Shown here one piece after another: positions 57,748 through 64,000 of a stretch of 64,000 nt of DNA (positions are counted from its first letter, which is position 1; every line of letters begins with the position of its first letter). The stretch lies in NCBI GenBank assembly GCA_965197645.1, contig OZ240219.1, positions 2,304,001-2,368,000 on the forward strand, read 5' to 3'. The notes under the pieces were generated by a model that was not told the DNA's origin, did no database searches, and saw nothing but the letters and a program-made list of their open reading frames with translations. This DNA comes from Dehalococcoidia bacterium. Lineage in GTDB: Bacteria; Chloroflexota; Dehalococcoidia; Plut-88900. Made by a program: the position numbers and the translations under genes.

Positions 57748-59100
57748 CTACTTCCTCGGTATCAGTCCGTTGGGCCAGAAGGACAGGAACAGGATCAGGA
57801 GAATGAAGGAGATGGCGTCCTTCCACTCCCCGGCTAGGTCCCAGATGCCGAACTGTTCCACCAACCCCAGGGCGAATCCTCCGACGATGGCACCGTACAG
57901 GTTCCCTATGCCGCCGACCACCGAGGCGATCCATCCTTTGAGCAGGAGCAGAAGGCCCATCCTGGGCTGAATGGCGGTATCGTGGCCACTCAACAGCCCG
58001 GCGAGGGCGGCGTAGACCGCTCCTATGAAGAAAACGACGGCGATTATGGCTGTAGTGTCTATCCCCACCACCTTGGACACCTCTTCATCGTCGCCAATGG
58101 CTCGAACGGCCTTGCCGAAGGAGGTTTTCTTGAGGAGAAGGATCAGCGCTGCGAAGGCGGCTATAGCAACGCCGATGTTGAAGACGTTGGAGGGCTTGAT
58201 GAACGCCCCAGCTACTGACCAAGAGCCGCCGCCAAAAGTCGCCGGCAGGGGGCGGGGAACGCTTTCGAATACGATGGAGATGAAGGCGGATATGGCCAGC
58301 AGGATACCCAGGGAAGCGACCAGCATGATCAACGGCGATCTCGCCCGCCGGCGCATGTAGACGTATAGGCCCCGGTACAGGGCGAGGCCCACGCATCCCG
58401 CCAGAAGGCAGGAGACTCCCCAGCTCATGTAGAGGCTGGCGGCGGGTGCACCGGCCACCAGAAAGCCGCAGTAAGCCCCAAGGGCTGCCCCTGCCAGCGC
58501 AGCGAACGCGCCAAAGGGCGCACGGCCCACCCATGGCAGTACTGTCCGGCGCCCCCGGCAAAGTACCAAGCCCGCGGCTAGGGCGACTAAAGCCCCCACG
58601 GCCGGCGACAGAACGACGTTGAGTTCGTCAGGATAGGACAGCACGAATCCCGTGTACACGCCGATACCTGCGGCCAGCAGGGGGCCGCCAGCCCGCAAGA
58701 CTGAGGGATCGATACGGTCGCGGAGCCGGGAGTATAGGCCCACGTGCAGGGCCCAGGCAACGACCCCTGTTACCACTACGGCAAAGACGATGTTGACGAA
58801 TATGTTATTGACGTCCTGCCGGCCTACAACCGCCTCTGAAGAACGCAGGTAGAACACACCGTAGGCGCCCAGGGCCGCCGCTGCGCCATAGTACAGATCG
58901 AAGAACCACACCGTGCTGTAAACGAGGGTGAAGCCCATGGCCAGCAGCGCGTAAACCGCTCCTACGGCGACCCCGTTGAATGCAAACTGCAGCGCCTGCT
59001 CGGACGACTGGCTCACCTTCCAGGCAAGGTAGGCTACAACTAGCAAGGCCAAGGCAATCGCTAGAAGCTTGCCCTGGCCTTGAAGGTATCTGCTAAGCAA
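57748..59100 (-). CDS. livH: Branched-chain amino acid ABC permease, extended
   Basis: GAVYALLAMGFTLVY, FGKAVRA, VVGGIGN, PNGL; about 150 aa longer than typical. Confidence 0.85.
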   Translation of the reverse strand: MLSRYLQGQGKLLAIALALLVVAYLAWKVSQSSEQALQFAFNGVAVGAVYALLAMGFTLVYSTVWFFDLYYGAAAALGAYGVFYLRSSEAVVGRQDVNNIFVNIVFAVVVTGVVAWALHVGLYSRLRDRIDPSVLRAGGPLLAAGIGVYTGFVLSYPDELNVVLSPAVGALVALAAGLVLCRGRRTVLPWVGRAPFGAFAALAGAALGAYCGFLVAGAPAASLYMSWGVSCLLAGCVGLALYRGLYVYMRRRARSPLIMLVASLGILLAISAFISIVFESVPRPLPATFGGGSWSVAGAFIKPSNVFNIGVAIAAFAALILLLKKTSFGKAVRAIGDDEEVSKVVGIDTTAIIAVVFFIGAVYAALAGLLSGHDTAIQPRMGLLLLLKGWIASVVGGIGNLYGAIVGGFALGLVEQFGIWDLAGEWKDAISFILLILFLSFWPNGLIPRK

Positions 59101-59141
59101 GGTGGACCTACGCCACGGAAGTACCGGCCGGTGGACCTATA

Positions 59142-60479
59142 CTACTGAATCGGGGCCGGTCCAAGCACTACGAAACCCAGGTTGTCTTCAGTGCGTTCGG
59201 CCACCGGCAGGACCTGGATGACCACGTTGGATAGCCCTACCACGTCGCCGTTTTCGTCGAAGCTGTAGTTGTCACCGATGGCCCCGCTCCAGGTGAGGTT
59301 GTACAGGCAGTCTCTAAAGCCATCGGCGTCCTGGTCGTCATTGGTCTGACTCAGGCACTCAGCGGCGATGTAGACATCGTCGTATGCCGAACCCTGGAAC
59401 CAGGGCAATGTGGCCCCGACGCCGTACCGTGCTCTGAAGTTCGTCAGGAACTTCTCGCCTGCGGCACTGGTCAGGTCCGGGTTGGGGACTATGGCCTTCA
59501 GGCCCGTGGCTGCCTCGCCGGCTATGCTGAGAGCCTCCGGAGCTGTGGCGACGATTTCGGAGTACATCGGGCCCTCGTACCCCAGTTCGCGGGCCTGCTT
59601 GATGATGGTGCCGCCTGCGGACTCCTGCTGAACGGCTATGATCAGGGCATCGGGGTTCTCATTGAGCAGCTTGGTCAACTGGGTGCGGAAGTCGATGACG
59701 TCGGGGGGGAAACTTTCCCCCGCTGCCACGGAGCCTCCCAGTTTTTCGAACTGAGCAACGGCGGTTCGTCGGGCGCCCTCGGCGTAGTCGGTTGCCTCGG
59801 TTATGGTGACTATGGTGCGAATGTCATCGGCCCACAAAGTATTGCCCATGTCTATGCCTAGCTGGAGGTCGTTGATGGCTGTCCGGAAGATGTAGTCGCC
59901 GGCGTTGGCGATGTCGGGACTGGTGGCGGATGCGGAAAACAGGATCACACCATCCTCCCCAGCCAGGGGTGCAGCGCCCAGCATTGAACCGCTGCAAGTA
60001 GTGCCCAGGATGATCTTGACTCCATCCACCTCGGTCAGCTTCTTGTAGGCTAGTATGCCGTCGGCCGCGGTGCATTTGGAGTCCTCTGCTATGAGCTCCA
60101 ACATCCGGCCGTTGATACCGCCGACAGCATTGATCTCTTCCACAGCCAGGAGCTTGGCCTGGTGAAGGGGGTTACCGTAGGACTCGGCGCCCCCGGTGAG
60201 AGCGTCCATTGCGCCAATCACGAAGGGCTCCTCCGATGGGGCCTCTGTTGGTTCGGCCATCGCAGTCTCGGTTGGTTCGGCCATCGCTGTCTCGGTTGGC
60301 TCGGCCATCGGGGTTTCCGTTGGCTCGGCCATAGCAGCTTCCGTTGGCTCGGCAGTGGCGGGTTGCTCGTCAGGAGTCGGCTCTACAGTGGGGTCCTCGC
60401 TGCCACATGCCATAGCCGCCACGGCCAGAATCGCCAGCAGAACTAAGGGAATCGTCCATTTACTCAGAAGCGTTTGCAT
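59142..60479 (-). CDS. Branched-chain amino acid-type substrate-binding lipoprotein
   Basis: Lipobox AMAC, AEPTET repeats, EEINAVGGINGR, EDSKC, YIFRT, AYD. Confidence 0.9.
   Translation of the reverse strand: MQTLLSKWTIPLVLLAILAVAAMACGSEDPTVEPTPDEQPATAEPTEAAMAEPTETPMAEPTETAMAEPTETAMAEPTEAPSEEPFVIGAMDALTGGAESYGNPLHQAKLLAVEEINAVGGINGRMLELIAEDSKCTAADGILAYKKLTEVDGVKIILGTTCSGSMLGAAPLAGEDGVILFSASATSPDIANAGDYIFRTAINDLQLGIDMGNTLWADDIRTIVTITEATDYAEGARRTAVAQFEKLGGSVAAGESFPPDVIDFRTQLTKLLNENPDALIIAVQQESAGGTIIKQARELGYEGPMYSEIVATAPEALSIAGEAATGLKAIVPNPDLTSAAGEKFLTNFRARYGVGATLPWFQGSAYDDVYIAAECLSQTNDDQDADGFRDCLYNLTWSGAIGDNYSFDENGDVVGLSNVVIQVLPVAERTEDNLGFVVLGPAPIQ
60247..60353. repeat. 24-bp coding tandem repeat, about 4.5 copies (AMAEPTET linker)
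   Basis: GTTGG(T/C)TCGGCCAT... units start at 60247, 60271, 60295, 60319 and 60343. Confidence 0.9.
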
Positions 60480-60636
60480 AGTGCCCTCTTTAAGACATAT
60501 AGAAAGCGTAGCTGCTGGGAGGCCATCGCCGAAACTGTCCTGCCCTCAGCGATGCCATTGCGAGCGGCATCATATCATGACGTCGTTCTGACATTCAATA
60601 CTCCTGGCTTGCCAGCCTCCATAGCGGGATTGGCGT

Positions 60637-61908
60637 CTATTCGGGGGCGAAGCGATAGACGATGGGTAGCTCCGCAATGTCTGTGACGCTGGAATCGGTA
60701 TGGTGGGATATGTGAATGCGACCGGTGCCGCAGTCGCCGAATTCGTCGCAGGAAATGGTCCCGATGACCCCCTCGAAATCGATAGTGCCGGCCACCGCTT
60801 CTCGGAGCTTGGATCGGTCGATGTACAGCGTATCTCCTATTTCAACGGCGACCTGATCGATGGCCCGAAGCAGAACGGTGGCTGCGTCGTAGGCGTGGGC
60901 CAGGTAGGCGGACGTTGGGGCCTCGCCGTAACGCTCCCGATATTCGGAGACGAGGGCTTCTCCGCTCTTGCCGGTCGCCTCGTTGGTATTGTCCGCGAAA
61001 CTGGACTCCGGGCCCGGGAAGTAGATGCCCTCAGATTCGGGGATGGCCAGGAAATCGGAGACAAGAAGGGCGGCGCCCCCGATTAGCGTCACCTCCTCGA
61101 GTACTGGGACCTGGCCGATCTGCCGGACGATGGCGGCGCCTTCTCCCGGGAAGAGAGGGAAGAAAAGACCGTCCGGGCTCTCCTCCGCGATCCGGGTGAG
61201 GACGGGAACCATGTCCGTATCGCCTCTGCTGACCGCGTCGGTGTACGTCGAGCCGCCCAGCTCCTCGAACGCAGCGGCGAATGCGCCGGTTAGACCGGTC
61301 GTGTACGGGTCGCCGTCATGGATGGTGGCTATCTTGCGCAGTTCGAGATTGTTGTAGGTGAACTGGGCGACGGCCTGCGCCCCGTAGAGATCGTTGTTGG
61401 AGGTGCGGTAGTAGCCGGAGTGATGGTTGGAACCGGCTTCGCCCTGAAGATCGGAGGTCAGCGATGGGGCCGTATTGGAAGGAGCGACCATCACTAGGCC
61501 TGCCTCACTGAGGAGGGGCGAGGCGGCCATGGCTGCGACGGAGCAGGACGTGCCTATGACGCCAACGACTTGGGGGTCTCCGAGGACCGTTTTGGCGGCG
61601 GCCCGGCCTCCTTCCTCGGTGCAGAGCGAGTCGAGACCAGCGCCCATGGAGACCTCGCGTCCTTTGATGCGGCCGTAGTCCGCCACCGCCATCGCAACCC
61701 CACGCTGGTTCGGAGCGCCCAGGTCGCCGACTCCGGTGAGGACCTGCATCGAACGTATCTGTATCGCCTGCCCGGGGGATACTTCCACCGCTCCCAGCGG
61801 GCCGGCTTCGAAGTCTTCTCCGCCGCAGGCGAAGGCCACCAGCGCAATAGCGAGGAGCAACCCAAGGCTGGGCAGTGTTCTGCACAGGGGTAGGGATGCT
61901 ATCGACAT
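60637..61908 (-). CDS. Second LivK-type substrate-binding lipoprotein
   Basis: Lipobox AFAC, DSLC, GTSCS, YYRT..ND, AYDA. Start uncertain. Confidence 0.85.
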   Translation of the reverse strand: MSIASLPLCRTLPSLGLLLAIALVAFACGGEDFEAGPLGAVEVSPGQAIQIRSMQVLTGVGDLGAPNQRGVAMAVADYGRIKGREVSMGAGLDSLCTEEGGRAAAKTVLGDPQVVGVIGTSCSVAAMAASPLLSEAGLVMVAPSNTAPSLTSDLQGEAGSNHHSGYYRTSNNDLYGAQAVAQFTYNNLELRKIATIHDGDPYTTGLTGAFAAAFEELGGSTYTDAVSRGDTDMVPVLTRIAEESPDGLFFPLFPGEGAAIVRQIGQVPVLEEVTLIGGAALLVSDFLAIPESEGIYFPGPESSFADNTNEATGKSGEALVSEYRERYGEAPTSAYLAHAYDAATVLLRAIDQVAVEIGDTLYIDRSKLREAVAGTIDFEGVIGTISCDEFGDCGTGRIHISHHTDSSVTDIAELPIVYRFAPE

Positions 61909-62240
61909 AGTGGTCTTGCTCTCCAACCTAACCCGGGATCGTGGTGGTCCCGACTGTTGCAATAGGGCCTGTTCTGTTCGGTTGCTCCGCTCAACCAACC
62001 TGGACTCCGGCTTGATAGTCGTGGGTTTGCCCAGTCAGTGAGCCCGGCGGATTATATCACGAGCTTTTCGATAGCAAGTCTTATTTGCATGCCGCCGGCC
62101 CTCACACGTGGATGACCTTCACCTTGCCTCACGAACGCCTGTTCGGTAGTATGGGGGTAAGGCAATAAGAGGCCCAAGCGATAGGATGTGGTGGTGGGGA
62201 GTTGGAATGAGTCACTCAGTTCGATCAAGGTCTTGAGGCA

Positions 62241-63311
62241 ATGAGTACATTGCAGGAAATGTTCGAGTCATATCTATTTGATGTGCTGGCAGATAAAGAT
62301 GCTAGTTGGAGTTCAGATGATCTGAAAACGAAGGTGACTGATATGGTTCCTGGCGTAGTGGAGTCACTTTCCGCGCCAATACTTGCAAGGATTAAGAAAA
62401 ACTATCCTGCTACTGCAGAGGAACAATGGCGAAATCGTCAAGAATTTGAGGAGAGACTTTGGTCCTATTGGCAGGAACCTCTTGTCCTCCTCGACTTATT
62501 TATCTCGGTGGCAACAGAGGCTGGAGACGTTTGTACCAGTGACCTTAGAAAGAACGGTGAGATTCCCAGCGCCAATTTGGTTGATGCAATAACTAGGCTG
62601 CACGCTAGAGCATGCCAGCTCTCTTCCGCGATCTTCCTCCTCTTGCGATCCGGATTTGCAGACGACGCGTATGCCCGATGGCGTTCCCTGCACGAGATTG
62701 CGGTCGTAGGGAGTTTTATTGGAGAGCATGGCGAGAAATTAGCTGAAAGATATCTTCTCCACGATATAGTCCAACGGTATAAACTTGCCTCTACACACCG
62801 TGACCACGCCGACCTGCTAAATGAAGATCTGATATCTCAAACGGAGTTCGAGAACCTCAAGTCAATGCGCGGTGAACTCATACATCGTTTTGGCAGTGCA
62901 TTTAGTGAAGACTATGGTTGGGCCGAGTGCGTGCTCGAAACAAAGCACCCCACCTTGAAGGACATCGAGTGCTCCGTTGGACTCGAACATTGGAGACCCT
63001 TCTATAGAATGGCGAGCGACAATGTTCATGCTAATGCACACGCAATTTACTCTCAGCTAGGGGTAAATCAAACGCCTCAAGACATACTCCTGGCAGGCCC
63101 TAGTAATATGGGCCTGGTCGACCCCGGACATTCCACAGCAATTTCACTTATGCAGATTACAGTAGCCTTACTCACGATTGAGCCAAGCCTCGATCACCTG
63201 GTCTACTCCTCAATACTGGAAAAGCTACAAGCAGAGATCGGCAAATCGTTTCTTGAAGTTCACAATAAGCTGGAAAGCTTAGCTGAAAGTGAGAATGATG
63301 GGACGGCATAA
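62241..63311 (+). CDS. Hypothetical helical protein, DUF5677/HEPN-like
   Basis: LLRSGFADDAYARWRSLHE and YRMASDNVHAN; lower GC than the flanks. Confidence 0.6.
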   Translation: MSTLQEMFESYLFDVLADKDASWSSDDLKTKVTDMVPGVVESLSAPILARIKKNYPATAEEQWRNRQEFEERLWSYWQEPLVLLDLFISVATEAGDVCTSDLRKNGEIPSANLVDAITRLHARACQLSSAIFLLLRSGFADDAYARWRSLHEIAVVGSFIGEHGEKLAERYLLHDIVQRYKLASTHRDHADLLNEDLISQTEFENLKSMRGELIHRFGSAFSEDYGWAECVLETKHPTLKDIECSVGLEHWRPFYRMASDNVHANAHAIYSQLGVNQTPQDILLAGPSNMGLVDPGHSTAISLMQITVALLTIEPSLDHLVYSSILEKLQAEIGKSFLEVHNKLESLAESENDGTA

Positions 63312-63381
63312 CCTCCCTCACCAAAGCCGCGTTTGACTAGCCGCACGGGTTGGCTTACCTCACTGCACATAATGTCCTCAC

Positions 63382-63846
63382 ATGAAAAAGACCATCTACC
63401 TCGCTAATCCTTACGGGTTCTCCGCCCAACAGAAGACGGTGCTCCTGCCGCAGCTGGTGGCGGCCCTCGAACAGCTTGGGCTAGAGGTCTGGGAGCCGTT
63501 CCAGCGGAACAATCAGACGGACCGCCTGGAGCCTGGGTGGGCGTATCGCATCGGGCAGAAGGACTTCAGCGACGTGGTGGAGTCGGATGCCATCTTCGCC
63601 GTGGTCAATGGAGTTCCTCCCGACGAGGGAGTGATGGTGGAGCTGGGCATGGCCATCGCTCTGAAGAAGCCCACCTTCCTGTTTCGAGACGATTTCCGCC
63701 GCGTGACCGACAGCGAGGAGTATCCCCTCAACCTGATGCTCTTCACCGGCATGCCGGAGCAGGACTGGCAGGACCACTACTACACCTCGGTGGAGGAGAT
63801 AACCTCGCCGGGGAAGGCGCTGGCTCGATGGGCCAGACAACTGTAG
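63382..63846 (+). CDS. Nucleoside 2-deoxyribosyltransferase family protein
   Basis: IYLANP.GFS, D..SDAIFA, DEGVMVELGMA, NLML. Confidence 0.85.
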   Translation: MKKTIYLANPYGFSAQQKTVLLPQLVAALEQLGLEVWEPFQRNNQTDRLEPGWAYRIGQKDFSDVVESDAIFAVVNGVPPDEGVMVELGMAIALKKPTFLFRDDFRRVTDSEEYPLNLMLFTGMPEQDWQDHYYTSVEEITSPGKALARWARQL

Positions 63847-64000
63847 AGCAGATGCTTTCAGACCCTGACTCCACCATCGTCGACATCCAACCCAGGAGTC
63901 CGCCGGTCCCGGCTTGTCCGTGGGATATGCGCCCCGAGACTCGATGAAGCTGTTGGTGGGGTTATGGGAAACCGGAGCGGGGAGCGGATTGTAGACAGGG

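Noticed and set aside
60247-60353. Possible CRISPR array
   Set aside because: Head-to-tail in-frame coding repeats with no unique spacers and no cas genes.
63945-64000. Possible gene start at the right edge
   Set aside because: Too short to support and no clear RBS.

Overview
GC-rich bacterial chromosomal segment, almost fully coding, with no rRNA, tRNA, CRISPR array, integrase or transposase recognised. Gene content suggests SAR202/Dehalococcoidia-like Chloroflexota (inference only): seven amidohydrolases, CoA-transferases III, lipoprotein SBPs with long acidic linkers and many beta-propellers. Main modules are a Tat-less molybdoenzyme with a fused 4Fe-4S/NrfD subunit and a divergent TauE exporter, a peptide ABC system without an ATPase, a methylcrotonyl-CoA-carboxylase-like cluster and a Liv-type ABC system. 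Best leads: (1) two paralogous cytoplasmic DUF1800-DUF1501-NHL operons, a candidate uncharacterised three-component system; (2) a peroxiredoxin-like selenoprotein missed by the ORF track, with an in-frame TGA at the peroxidatic position and a SECIS-like hairpin; (3) a DppB permease carrying an inserted YCF48/BNR beta-propeller; (4) a lower-GC gene pair encoding a HEPN-like protein and a wHTH-like partner, a candidate defence/TA module. Smaller observations: a triple-RidA fusion, a dppC frameshift, a non-canonical start, a cytochrome P460 relic and MITE/REP-like elements. All family calls come from motif recognition by eye, with no database searches.
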